From Vicugna vicugna (taxonomy: Eukaryota): a stretch of DNA of 64,000 bases. Both the position numbers and the translations under genes were made by a program. The DNA lies in the NCBI GenBank assembly GCA_013265495.1, contig MU061578.1, positions 1,311,308-1,375,307 of the forward strand. The letters are read 5' to 3'. The notes below the pieces were generated by a model. It searched no databases and was not told the origin of the DNA. It saw only the letters and a program-made list of their open reading frames with translations. Of the stretch, positions 51,030 to 64,000 are shown in pieces (within the stretch, counting starts at the first letter, position 1; each line of letters opens with the position of its first letter).

Positions 51030-52030
51030 CTCTTCTCTTCTTCTTTCTGAACATATTCACTGATCACCTGTGTTAGACACCGGGATAGGAGACATGAATG
51101 AGGCAGTCTAATGGGGAACACTGCATCTGTCAATAGATACTTTACAATACAGAGAGGTGAGCACAACTGAAGAGTGTACAGTGGCTGTGCTGGGACCACA
51201 GCACCCAGCTGCACGTGATGTAGGCAGATGGGAGGGATAGCAGGAAGCCTTCTGGGTCCTAATGAATCTTACGAGAACCTCTTAAATTGCATTCATGCAA
51301 CAGGCAAATGTTTCCCTAGCATCTGTCACGTGCAAGGTGCTGGGGCTGCAGCACTGAGCAAGGCACTGTTTCATGTAGCTCATGTGCTAGTGAGGAAAGC
51401 AGGGGCCAACAGGAATCATACAAGTGGCTAATTGTGAACCATACTAATGTGCTGTGAAGGAAGAGGAGAAGGTCTCAGAAGAGAGGAGACAGAGGAGCCC
51501 AGTTTACACAACAGAGAGAAAACTCACCCTGGAGAAAGTGTCACTGCTTCTGAGATCTGAAGAAGGAACAGTGCTGTGGACCAAGTGAGGTGATGAGAGG
51601 GAGGCATCCCAGGCAGAGGGACCAGCATGCGCTGTGATGCTTAGCATACTGGCAGAACTGGAGGGAGACAAATTGAATCAGAAATGAGAGGGAGCAGCAG
51701 ATGAGAGTGCAGAGAAGGGCACAGGGCAGCCCACGCACGGCCACGTGGGGGAGCTGGCTTTTGTCCTAAGAGCAACAGGAAACCAATGAAGAGTGTTAAG
51801 AGGGAAAGTGGGTAGTGGCAAGGTAACCAGATTTGTGTTTGAAAAGATTCTTCTCCCTCATGGGAGCAGGGAGAGGATGCGTGCAGTCCAGAGTGGCCAC
51901 AGAAAGATGCGCAGAGGACTTTGGGGGCAGTTCAGGCAGGAGATGATGAAAACCTGGGCCAGGATGTCGGTGGAAGAGCTGGTGAGAAATAGACAGATTG
52001 AGTATATACTTGACAGTGAGATGTCTGAAG
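51030..52030 (-). mobile_element. Degenerate L2 fragments
   Basis: cattcatgcaacaggcaaatgttt...gtgcaaggtgctgggg; ttttgtcctaagagcaacaggaaaccaatgaagagtgttaag; caggcaggagatgatg. Confidence 0.75.
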
Positions 52031-52089
52031 CTGCTTAAACAGTAAATGAATCCTTCATGGATACTACAGCAGTATTAACAACATCAGTG

Positions 52090-52320
52090 TTATCAAGAAT
52101 AGTCACACAACAAATACTAATGTCTGTCAGGCTTCCATGTGCAAGGGGCTCTTCTCATAATGCTATGAGTATCAACTAACTTAATCCTCCCAACAACTCT
52201 AACAAGTTAGTACCCTGAGCATCTCCATGTGATAAACAAGAAAACTGAAGCACAGTGAAGTTCAATCACTTTCACCCAGCTATTAACGGTAAACGTAATT
52301 CAAATGCCTGGGGCCAGAAT
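52090..52320 (-). mobile_element. MIR SINE
   Basis: acttaatcctcccaacaactct...gaaaactgaagcacag. Confidence 0.75.
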
Positions 52321-54259
52321 GAGGGCAAAGAAATCTTTCCCACTGCTAATGTTGCCTGTATATATCTGGACACCTGTATTATTTACTTACAAGATGCCAG
52401 TGCCTGCCTCTGGCTCCTGGGGTAATGAGAGGGTGCATACACTTCAAATATATAAGTATGATGCAGTTTATCCAAATAAGAGTCAAGGGGATTTTAGACA
52501 TATTTAGTACTAGGGTAGCTCAAAATGAGAACTGTGCCCAGGGTCTCACAGCTGGCAGGAGATGGAGCTGAGATTCACACCCAGGTGTCTCTGCCTACAA
52601 ACTCTTTGCACCCAAGACGGGATAGCAGCAGACTCTCTTGCTCCTGACAGACCGACAAATGGCCATGAGCCACTGATTGAAGATTGAAACATTGTAATGC
52701 GTCCAGTCTTGGTGAGAATTTTGAACCAAGAAGGAATCAATGCCTGGGGCAGGAGAAAATGCCTGCTGTCAAATAGAAAAAGGAACGCAAGGGAACCCGA
52801 AAACATACACAGGGGCACACACGTGCAGACACACACACAGCTGAATAATCTCTCCCAGAAATCCTTGTGTTGTTTTTTTTTCAAATAGTCTATTCTCTTA
52901 ATGTTACTTCCATTGACATAAACAATTTATATACCATGTAAGTTTGATGGCAGAATCTGTGTTCTCTGTTTCCTTCTTTGTCTGTACTTTGTTTTCAGTT
53001 TGTTGCAATAAATCTTTAATATGGACTGAATTATGGGTTTTAAATAATTGATGGCGCTGATTCCAAATGCTTCCTACCACAGTCTTACAGCAAGCTGCAG
53101 CTGTGGGGGCTGGGGTGCACTCAGTACCCTCACCTTCTCCAGCCTTCACCACTACCACTCTCCTGACTGCAGCATCCAAGGGGAAGTGAAACTCTGAAAG
53201 GTCAAGGGTGGGCAGGGGGTGGGGGACAGCTGGATGCAGAGCCTGATACCAACGTGTTGGCCATGACTTCAAACCCCACAACGGGCTGGGAGCATTCTTC
53301 ATGGCATTGGCTGCAACCTCAATTGTTAGGCATGCTATGGCAGTAAGGGGGCAGGTTGCAAGCATGGCATATGATTGATTTATTCATTCAACTCATTTTT
53401 ACAGAATAGCCACTAGGTATCCGACACGGAAGAAGCATTGGAGAGGTAATACTGAGCGAAAACAGACCTGGTCTATGTGGAACCCGCAGCTGAACAGGGT
53501 TACAAACACTAATGTTTAAAAATCACAACACACAACACTGATATAAAATTGTAACTGTGTTAAATGCTACAAAGGACAGAGGGGATGGTATAATGTACAT
53601 ATAATGAGATCCAACTTGGTCAGGCATGGAGGGCGGGAGGATGTCTGTAAAGGACCCCAGTGGGTTTGGGATGTGGGCTGCAAAGGGCTGCGGGCGGGTA
53701 ATACACTTGAAACCTGCAGGGTTCAGTTAAGTCCTATTAAGCATTTGGTCATTTTCTTAAATGCACTGGGAAGCCACATCTTGTTTTCAGTCTGTGCAGG
53801 GACGTGACCCAGTCGATACAAATGTCTTCTACTATAGCTTAGTGGAAGAAGTGGGCTTTTGGAAAGAGCCAACCTGGGTTCAGATTTCCACTTTACTTTC
53901 AAGCAGCTGTGTCAGCCTGGCCAAGTTAACTTTCAGCTCTGGTTTCCTTGTATGTCAAATAGGAATAGCGCTCACCCCTCTGTTCCTTATCACATGCCGC
54001 CGGCGCTCGGTAAGCAGATGTGTGGAAAGAGCGTGGTGCTCCCCCCGTCAGGCTGCTGCCACGACTGCTGTGGCCACTGTTATCATGGCAGTTCCCTCTA
54101 GACGGGCTGGCAGCCGCTCTCAGAGCTGCAGCTCCCTTTCCTCACTTTTTACCGAATGCATTTCTGAACCTGTGGCCTGAAGTCCCTTCCCATTTCTCAC
54201 CACACTGCCCTCACTACTAGCAGGCAGCAGTCCCCTTTCTAACACCACCACCACAACCG

Positions 54260-54460
54260 CAAGTCACACGGTGTCAACTACTTCCAAGCATTGTTTCCAA
54301 GTGCTTTAGAGACACCATCTCAAAATTACAACACGAGGGAAAACACTATGATGATCTTCATTTTACAGGTGGGGACACTGATCCCAAGGGGCTGAAGCTG
54401 ACTGGCCGAAGTGGCACATCGAGGAAGCAGCAGAGCTGATTCCAGCCTGCCTCAGAGTCC
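54260..54460 (-). mobile_element. MIR SINE
   Basis: caagtgcttta...cattttacaggtggggacactga. Confidence 0.65.
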
Positions 54461-56154
54461 ACAGGGCTCCCTGTCCCAACTCTACCGGATGCTTCTCAGT
54501 GGAGTTCACCCTCCTCCCCTGGAAATGCAGTCCACGGTGTCTATTCTCAGGGGTCTGCTTTAACCATCCCTGTTTCCTTTCTCAATGTTGCCTTTTCCCT
54601 TCTTTCCAAAAGACATTAGCACTGTCAGGGATCTCCAAGTCTGGATCTTTGTCTTTTCTCATTCTCCTTTACATTTTCCAAATTTACACTCTCCCCCTTC
54701 CCAATCTCATTCAGCTGCCTTGCAAAAGCCATTGGAGGAGGAGGCAGTTTTAAGGATCCTTGTGAAACCAGCAGGGAAACAGACATTTAGAATAAGGAGC
54801 GACGGAGGCTGGGGAGCAAGGAAGTCCAGCTGGTTCTTCCACTCCCTGACTCTCATTTCACATTTACTAAATCAAGACATTCAGGGAGGAGGCCTGGTTC
54901 TGTATTTTCTCTAAAGCTACCAGGAGATTCTGATAATTAGGAACCACTCGGATATATAATCTTAGAGGTCTGGCCTTGTTCTTTGATTCCTAGAATGTTA
55001 TAAAAGTAGACGCTTTCACTAATATATTTTACACTTTCTCATATAGGGTTTCTCTGAACTGAATTTCCATCGGTGAGAGAACCAGGATTTGTTTGTTTGT
55101 TTGTCTTTTCATTTTTAATTAATTAATGAATGAATCAATTAATTAATGGCACTAGATTATCCTAAAGTTTGCTGTTGTTTTCTGTATAAAATATTACTCA
55201 TAGCCAGCCTTTGAAGCTGGTGAAAAGCCTGAAAGAGACTGACATTTTTAAGTGGTAATCTTCAGTGTCTTTGTCAGTTCTGGAAGGGTGTATGTTGCAA
55301 ATTCTAGACGGAAAATATCTGGAAACACTGAGACATTTAATTTTAGCTGAGCGAGCCACATGTTACTTATGAAACATCTATTTTGAGAACTGCAGCAGAG
55401 AATTAAACCTGACACTTCTTATTCTGGTCTACTACCTTCACTGATAAACAAAATAAAATTACAAACACACAGGGAAAATGGCTTTTAAGGATACTAGAAA
55501 AAAAAATGAAATAAAGGGAACTTCACCTAAACTGATGCAATCTGGTTGTAACTGTTTTGTTTTGTTTTGTTTTTAATATAAAAATCTTTAGTTCATAAAT
55601 ATTTCAGTGCGATTGAGGGTGTCAATTTAAAGTTTCATGAAAATGCATCCAGAACCCCAAAGAGTGCCACTCTTTGGAAATGGATTCCAGAAATGCTTTT
55701 TGTCCTGGGTATGCTTTGGGAGTCCCTCTAATTGGGTCGGACAGAGGGGTATGAACAGGAAGGTGAGATGGAGTCCCAGGCTCGAGATGAGAGGTGGCAA
55801 AGGCCCAGATTCAGGAAGGAGCTCTCAAGCTCTCCGAGTTGAAGAGACCACCACCAGTGCTGCAGCAAAAGGAACCCTTTGCTCCACCAATTCATGATGC
55901 GACTTGACTCTCAAAGTCATGCAGAGCACAGTGCCACTGGGAGCACCTCAAGGGGACTCAGTCACTCTCTTTACCTGAGCAGCCTCCTTTGTGGACAGGT
56001 AATCTGGAAATACACACCAAATTGCTTCTTGGAAATAGCAGCATCTTTTGAAATTGTATTGAAATGACCATTGCTGGCTGTGACAAGTGCAGTAAAGGAG
56101 GGTGGGAGGGTTACGCTGGAGGAAATAGAAGAGATTGGAGAGAGAGAGAGAGGA

Positions 56155-56250
56155 AGATGGATAAATAGATGGATAGATGGATGGATGGATAGATGGATGG
56201 ATGGATGGTTGGATGGATAGATGGATGGATGGATAGACAGACAGACAGAC

Positions 56251-56298
<48 letters not shown>

Positions 56299-56309
56299 GA
56301 TAGGTGGAT
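56155..56309. repeat. Compound microsatellite (GGAT)n(GACA)n(GATA)~11
   Basis: Directly visible. Confidence 0.97.
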
Positions 56310-57299
56310 TGAGACTGAGATAGAAGAGTTAGAGATGCTCTGTCTATCTCTCCATGTCTCTGTATCTTTATTTATCTATCAACCATCTAGCTAGCTAGAG
56401 ATCCAGTGCCATCCTCAAGGAGAGAAACCATATCAAGATCTGTGTTTTGGGTATTAGTGGACACAAAACTTTCGATTAATTACCATGTTCTTTCTATAGC
56501 CTTCTCTGGGTCAGCACTCTCTCTCTCTGTCTCTCTGTAATAGTTGACTCTGTCAGACTAGCTAAAAAATTCAGCCCATTCCACTGGCCTTCCAGTATTA
56601 AGTATACATTTCTATCAGTGATCATGATTTTTAAGTACCTAGAAAAAATTTTTTTTACTGGAGGATACACTCAGGTTGGTCTTCATGGTAAATGCAAATG
56701 TCCTAATTCATCAGAAATATCACTGAAACTATATTTTAGTTTCCACATTAGTTAAGTGCAGGCCTGGTCTTCTCAGGTCCATGCTGTATTGGAAGACTGG
56801 GGGTGTTAGTATCTTCTTTATTTTTGTGTGAAAATCTGAGAGAAGGGGCCTCAGATTTGTAGCCAGGGTGGACTTGGGGTCTCCTGGATCTGATCTGGTT
56901 TGGGGTTCTGTTCTATGAGTTCAGCATCTCCCCCTGGCTGTCATACTTAGAAGGGAGCTCTACATCTCACAGCTCTAAGCGTCGGGGTACACAGGAAAGA
57001 TCTTTGATGAATCGTGTCAATACTGAAAGCCGAAGTACAGGGATATGGGAAAGGCATTCTTGTTATCTCGTGATTTAATGACTAGATAGCACTTTTAGCT
57101 GACCTGCGTGCATCTGATCTCCACGATCCTTCTTCTCCCGCCCACATCAATTTAAAACAAGAAACCAAGCCTCTCACTGTGTTCCTCTGGGAGAGGCTGT
57201 GCTTCTTCCACAGTCCTTGCTTTCCCGTGAAAACATGTCGATTTCTTCTCACCCCACCCACCTAGCCACACACGGAGCCATGGGGTCCTACCGCGGATT

Positions 57300-57765
57300 C
57301 AAAGTCAATTCATTCTGCAGAGGGTGAGCTCATGAGCATGGGGTCTGGGAGCCCCAGGTGAGGTGGGCAGCCTTTGGTGAGCTCTGTGAGTGAGTGCAAG
57401 ATCATATAGTTCAGGGCCAAAGCAGGAGCCAGCCCTACACGTGCTAGAATGACCAAGGAGCAAAGATTATGAGTAAGCAGGAAGAAATGAGAGGGGAACC
57501 AGGCAGGAGGGCAGGGGTATGCAGACACAAGAGACCATGACAGGAGACAGATGGAGATGGAGAGGGAGAGAGAGAAACTTTGAGAATGTACATTTCTGAC
57601 AATGCCACTTTCTAAACCAAACTCTACAAAGCCTATTGGACCTCACTTTCAGTCTTTGGCTATTTGAGACATTGTCTCTGTCTCCTTATAATAACCCCAC
57701 ATTTTACTATCTATTTTTAGAGAAATTCTGTTCCCCTCCATCAAAGAGACTTGTCTAAAATACAT
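57300..57765 (+). mobile_element. Possible old ERVL-class LTR (LTR33/LTR16-like)
   Basis: 3' end resembles these LTRs (ataataacccc...tctgttcc...caaagagacttgtctaaaataca); heavily degenerate. Confidence 0.4.
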
Positions 57766-58546
57766 CCAATGACCAAGTTTTTTTGTTAAAACCTAAAGGA
57801 CTTTTAGGAGCTCTCTGAGTTTTACTTGGTCAAAGGCCATGGATTTTGCATGAAATTGCAATGGGAAGGGTCACAAACAGAGCCCCTACTTAGCAATCAA
57901 GTGCCTTATGGACATAGATAAGGTTTCATTTTATTTAAAGGAAATAAAGAAATGTGATCTGTCTTGTCTACCTGGTAAATCCACACTGGTACAATAGAAA
58001 ATTGCAAGGGGGCATCACAGAAAATTCTTTCTTTTCCGTTTATTAGTAAGTAGGATTAAAATGGAAATGGTAAATATGACCAGTCATTACTCCTTCTCAG
58101 AAAAATCACCCTTCCGGGGAGAAAAACAAAAAGGAAGGATCCAGGACTCTCTTCACGATGTCCTGGCCATGCAGTCGGCTGAGTGGCCACGCTGTGGCCA
58201 CGCGGGGATGATACGGCCACCACGGGGCTGGTTCAGCCTTCACTCTGTTTTGCGCAGTAGGCGCTTGCTGAGATGCTAGAGTCAAGACAAACTGCACTTT
58301 CATGCGGTGCTGCCTTCCACGTTCAGATGAATACAAGTAAACGCTAAGCATGTTCAAGGAAAACATCGCGTTAACAGTGTGTTAAAACATGTGGAGACTA
58401 AGCAAGGAAACTTGTGCTGGCAGCTTCAGTGATTTGGAACAATGATATCGAGGAACGCTGGGCTGGAGGCACGGAAAAAACTAACCATCAAAGGCGAAGA
58501 AGGAGGGAACTAATACATAAGGCTGGATTTAGAAGCTTAGAGCCGG

Positions 58547-58581
<35 letters not shown>

Positions 58582-60151
58582 AAATCTCTCCCTCTCTCTC
58601 TCGGTCTCCCATTATCAACATGGTGCTGTTAAGTGCAAGTGGCAAATGGGTTTTTGGGTTTGGGGAAGCAGGCAGGCCTGTATTTGGTTCCTACGTCCAC
58701 TATCAATTGGCAAGTTGATTAACTGCTCTATGTTTCAATTTCCTCATTGGACATGAGATCACCCATCTTGCTAGGTTTGCTGTAAGATGATGGTCTCGGA
58801 GACATAAAGTACCTAGCAGAGCTCCTCGTTCAAATGCTATAATTTGCAGCTGCTGAGATTATGGTGTAGCCATCATTATTAATAACAAAAATGGATGTAT
58901 TGGCACCTATAATGAGATGTATCAGCATGTATAGTTGCAAGTCATTAATAAATGGATGAGTGTTGGAAGAACTCCTGGCTTCAAGAGACAAAACATTTAT
59001 TAAGTGACGGGGAAGCTTAACTGCCAACCAGACGCAGTTGTTGTCCTCAAGAAATGTGCAGTTTGGAAGGGTAAGGAACACAAAGGGTTGGGCGAGTTGG
59101 ACACATTCCAGGCAACACTTAAACAAAGATGCAGGCAAGCAAGAGTCTGTTCTAGGGTTTTCAACTTCATGCTTCTCTGCCCTTAACACGTTTTATTTAA
59201 AACTCCACTGAGTCTGTTAATTGTTCTTTTCACTCACACCAACGGTTCCCATAACTTGTCCAATAGGACAGGAAGTGGGTGTAGAAGGCGAAAAAAAATT
59301 TTACATCACAGGGTGGCAGTGAATCTATCCATCAGCCTCGCTCTTCACTTGGAACAAGCTAATAGGAAAGGCGACCTCAGCAAATCAGCCGAGAGGCTCA
59401 AGGGAAGAAACAGTGCCTGGATGGGAAACAGGAACTTTGCCACAATCACCAAAACCATCGCCAGTTACCACAGTGATGATGTCTCACACCCATCTCTCAC
59501 TTTATCACCCCCAAAGCCCAGTCATACACCTTCTATTCTGACTTTGGGAACAAATTTCGTAGGGTACAAAAAGGTTTAGAATAAGGTTTTTCCAAATTCC
59601 AGTCACTTGCCATACTTTCAGTTTCTTCCTTATCACCTTGCTGTTTTATGCTTTCATTTACTTGATATTTTTCATCTCACCCTTTACACTAAACACAATT
59701 TATTTTTTTTTAAATCTGTGAAAGCCAGCTACTCGTGTTTACAGGAAGCGATCGCACAAATATACCCAGAACGGTCTTATTGTATCTAGTTATTTCTGTT
59801 CCTCGGTAAAGTCTATGGATGCGATGCTTTGTTTGTGGGTTTGTTCTGAATGTCACAAGATGTGTTCAAAGGTAATTGAAAAGGGAATAACTTTCTCATG
59901 GTGTGATCTGATGTTATTTGCCGCTGTGTCTATGGACCTAAAATAAACTTACAGAACTTCTAAAACTTCACCCACTCTTTGGGAAATGCTAGGTTTGAGA
60001 ACAGAAAAGGCTGGTCTGAGACTACCCAAAACAATTTCAATACAACTCTCTAGGCATTTATCAAGCGGGCAGTAGACGAGAGACAATATGGCAGGTGCTG
60101 AAAGGGCGATGAGGCAATACGGTAGGTGCTCGGGGACGAAAGTGAGCTTAC

Positions 60152-60582
60152 AGGGACCCTCCTCCACTGCTGGTGGGAATGCAGTTTGGTGCAGCCACTG
60201 TGGAAACAGTATGGCGGTTCCTCAAAAGACTCGGAATAGACTTACCACATGACCCAGGAATCCCGCTCCCGGGCACATGTCCAGAAGGAACCCTACTTCA
60301 AAAAGACACCTGCACCCCAATGTTCATAGCAGCACTATTTACAATAGCCAAGACATGGAGACAGCCTAAATGTTCATCAACAGATGACTGGATAAAGAAG
60401 ATGTGGTATATTTATACAATGGAATACTATTCAGCCGTAAAATGACAATGTAACAACATTTGTAGCAACATGCATGTTCCTGGAGAAAGTCATTCTAAGT
60501 GAAGTAAGCCAGAAACAGAAAGAAAAGTACCATAGGAGATCGCTCGTATGTGGAATCCAAAACAAACAAACAAACAAACAAA

Positions 60583-60613
<31 letters not shown>

Positions 60614-60926
60614 CAGAAACAGACTCATAGTCATAGAATACAAACTTGTGGTTGCCAGGGGGGAGGGGGTGGGAAGGGACAGACTGGGAGTTCAAAATTT
60701 GTAGATACTGACAGGCATATGCAGAATAGATAAAGATTACACAGCACAGGGAAATATACACAAGATCTTGTGGTAGCTCACAGTGAAAAAAAATGTGACA
60801 ATGAATATATGTATGTTTATGTATAACTGAAAAAGGATATTCAAGCTCTACACTGGAAATTGACACAACGTTGTAAACTGACTGTAAGTCAATAAAAAAA
60901 ATGTTAAAAAAAAAGAAAAAGAAAAA
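60152..60926 (+). mobile_element. 5'-truncated young LINE-1 with 14-bp TSD
   Basis: GAAAGTGAGCTTAC at 60138-60151 and 60927-60940; ORF2 remnant [20 protein letters not shown]...[16 protein letters not shown]; internal (AAAC)n(AAAT)n; A-rich tail. Confidence 0.95.
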
Positions 60927-62496
60927 GAAAGTGAGCTTACTGGCTCAGAGAGGGCTTGGGACTTGGACAAGCAAAGGCAGCAAATCAACATAGTTAAATT
61001 ACACTCTAGTAACAGGTGATCCCAACACATGGCTTACAATAAATGCTCATTTCCTCTCTTGCAGCTCATCTGTCCTAGGTCATCTTCTATTCTGCTCCAT
61101 GCCCTCTTCTCTTAGGGACCCCACATCGATAGAAGAACCCCTACCTAAGACATCACTACAGAAGGGAAAGAGACCAAAACGAGACGCACACTGACTCTTA
61201 CATTTTCCACTTGGAAATGACACATACCATTTCCGCTCACAGTTCATGGGACAGAACAAGTCATGGGGCCAAGGATGGCAGGAATGGGGTGGGAGAACAG
61301 AGCCCCCCTCCTCCCCCAAGGAAAGGCAGGCAGGGAGGGCTGCTCAGGAGGGAGCAGTGGAAATTATGAGTGATGCCACAACCTACCAAATATTGCAATC
61401 ATGAACTTGAGATTTGAACCCAGCTTCCTTGGAATTCTTGCCCATTGTAATCTCCTTATAACCAACCTGCCTCCAGAAGATGAAAAGACAATAGAATCTG
61501 GACACACACACTTTTCAGCAGAATCACCTGCAATTTAAGTGGAAAGACAGGGTTGCATAACCTAATATACCTACCGCAAGTTACCTATGGGCTTGACGTG
61601 GGAAGGGATTTGGATGTTGAAATGATCCTTATAACCAAAGAATAAGATCGCAGAATAATGCTGTGAGCCTTCCCGGGAGATTCCACTCCCCTCCTTCCTT
61701 TTCTCCAGAATCCTTGGGTATTAGAATTAGGGGACTTCTGGGTTAGGAATAATTTAACTACTGACCTACGAGGAAGAGCAGAATGAACCAGAAGACCTCT
61801 AAAATGCACTTCCAACCCTGTGGATCTGTGCTATTTTACCCAGAGGACAAATAGCAAATAAAAACTATGTGGAGATAAAATTTCTTGGGTAGACAGATAG
61901 TGCAATTGCAAGGGAATTTAATTTCCCCCTGAACCAAAAATGAAACCCCAGACAATAAGTGACTATATAAAGAGAACATTGCTTTCTAAATGTTGACATC
62001 AGTGAGCTCTTTCCACTCCAAGTTTGGATCTTTACAGAAAAATGAAAAAGTTTTCAAACAGCTTCAGCCCTTCGGTTTATGGTGCCCATCGGGTGAATGC
62101 CACTGAGATTGTGGAACTCACGCCGTCAGAAACATAAAGCCGTAAAGCAATCTTGTCCCTTATTTTCTCTTGATTTCTTTTTATTGGTTTTACAAAAGTT
62201 AATTATTTTTTGGTAAAGAAATAAAATGTTCAAAATGTCACAACTACTGCCTCATGATCTTCGATTCTAAATAAAACCTGTTCCCTAGGGGGAATGATTC
62301 TAGAGCTTAGGAGACTTGCTGAAAATTCTAGCAGTGCTGGGGAGCCTCCATCCCAAGTCAGACACACGAGCAAACACCCTAAATGGAGTAAGAACTGGTG
62401 ATGGCATCATTTGGGAGAGACAGCAAGACACAAAAATCCATCGAAAACTAGTTTTACTGACTTGATGAAGACCTCTATGGTGATCTGGCCAAAATG

Positions 62497-62600
62497 CAAG
62501 AGAAAGAGAGAGAGAGACAGAGAGAGAAAGAAAGCCAGACAAAGAGAGAGAGACAGAAACAGAGACACAGAGACAGAGAGACAGAGACACAGAGAGACAA
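62497..62600. repeat. GA/GACA-rich low-complexity repeat
   Basis: Directly visible; produces the R/E- and S/L-rich ORFs. Confidence 0.9.
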
Positions 62601-63745
62601 CCAACTGCTACACATGACAGGAAATGCCAGAAAAGATCATGAAAAGTTCCAGTTTTCCAGGGAAGCGTCTGTTGATATCACCTTATCCTTTGTGCTTCCC
62701 AAGATTCATGCTAAATCTGTAAAACTAGCATCAATGTCTCAATTTACCTGGCACCATCTTGTTTCCATCATCAGGGCCCTTTTCATCATCCCACCTCAAC
62801 TTTGAAATGTCTTCTGTGATAACATGGATTTGAAACTACAATTAGCTACTTTGTAGTCTCCTCTCAAGTCATAGCAACGAAGGTGGAGGAAGAAAAGGAT
62901 TCGAAACCACATGGAAACAGTAAGAGCAAGAACAGCAAAGTCAACTATGAAAATGGGAGAGACCATGAGTTTGGTGAGAGGCAGGATGATTGTAGAACTG
63001 CAGGAAAAATCCAACTTGGAGAATATTACAAAGGGAGCAGGTTCCTTGGCTTACTGATGGCAATCAAAGCTAAAACTGTCACAAACAAGAAAAGACCATT
63101 TCTTTGTTTTGTTTCAAGTTGACTAGAATGGTCTTGCTTCGAAAGACACTTGACGACAGTGGCTAATGGACCCAAAGGAAGGGATTTTCCAAAGTTTCCT
63201 TAACTTTCATTTTTTCACAAATTATATTTCACTCGTTCTAAGGTATTCACTATTTTTGCATTTTAATGTCTTGCAAACTGAGGTATCATTTACAAGGAAT
63301 AGTGGGGCATAATTTATTCAGTGGCATTTGTTTCTTTTCTCAGTGGTAACACACACATATAGTCATGTACATGCGCACCAACACACACACAAACACACAC
63401 ACCCACACGATGCTTTCACTGAAGTCAACAGCATCTTTAATGCATGAGATCCAGGTCATATTCCACTTTCCTCAAATAAGTGTGATTTTTAATTCTTAAC
63501 CACAAGTCATCGAGGGAGTTAATATTTTTTATTTTGTTCTGGGCTTCATAATGGCAATATTTGTTCTTCAATGCTGCATTGAGTCAATAGGACCCGTTCC
63601 CTGAATTTCTTAAAAAAGAAAAAAGTTGCAAGACTGGACCTAATTCACCATTTTGGACATTGCAATAAGCGCCTCCAGAATCCCGGGTACCTAAAGGTAG
63701 GATGGAGCTGAGCGGTCATCAGAATGTGATTTGGAGACTCAAGGC

Positions 63746-63915
63746 CAGTGGTTTGCACACCTGAGTGAGCACACATCACCATCACCTGGAGGGCTCACTA
63801 AGCCACAGATTCCCAGGATCCAGCCTGTGAGTTTCTGATTCAGTCTGTCTGGAGGGGGGCTGGAGAAGGTGCATTTGTAACAAGTGCTCGGTGGTCACAT
63901 CTGGAGAACCACGGC
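63746..63915. mobile_element. MER5A-like DNA transposon
   Basis: cagtggtt...atcacctggagggct...gtttctgattcagt...tgcatttgtaacaag...gagaaccacgg. Confidence 0.85.
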
Positions 63916-64000
63916 TCTAGCTGGCTGGGGTGATGGCTCTGTGGGCACCTCAACATCAGGAAAGGATGTGAAGGTCAATCCGGACCGTCCTCACTGCTCC

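Noticed and set aside
1..64000. Naming a specific host gene or locus
   Set aside because: No exon is recognisable, so any gene name would be a guess without alignment.

Overview
Non-coding mammalian genomic DNA, very probably a camelid (camel, alpaca or llama). The main evidence is a tRNA-Ala-derived Vic-1-like SINE at 21536-21624, alongside cetartiodactyl-type L1 3' UTRs. I find no host protein-coding exon, RNA gene or CRISPR array. The only ORFs with real protein homology are truncated LINE-1 ORF2 C-termini; the other long ORFs come from simple repeats, LTRs or chance. The window is a mosaic of old eutherian repeats (MIR, L2, MLT1/MLT2, MER21, MER34-like, MER5/20/33/58), younger L1 and solo-LTR insertions with readable target-site duplications (TSDs), microsatellites, and repeat-free AT-rich blocks with HOX/PBX/MEIS-type motifs. 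The most notable structure is a young L1 with an apparent ~710 bp 3' transduction (33260-34862). A single 13-bp TSD brackets the L1, its poly(A), foreign sequence containing a CCAAT/octamer array, a second AATAAA and a second poly(A). L1s and LTRs are strongly biased to the + strand, which hints that the window is intronic to a long minus-strand gene. Repeat subfamily names come from recalled consensus motifs, not a database search, and boundaries of old repeats are approximate. I do not see a wholly new biological system.
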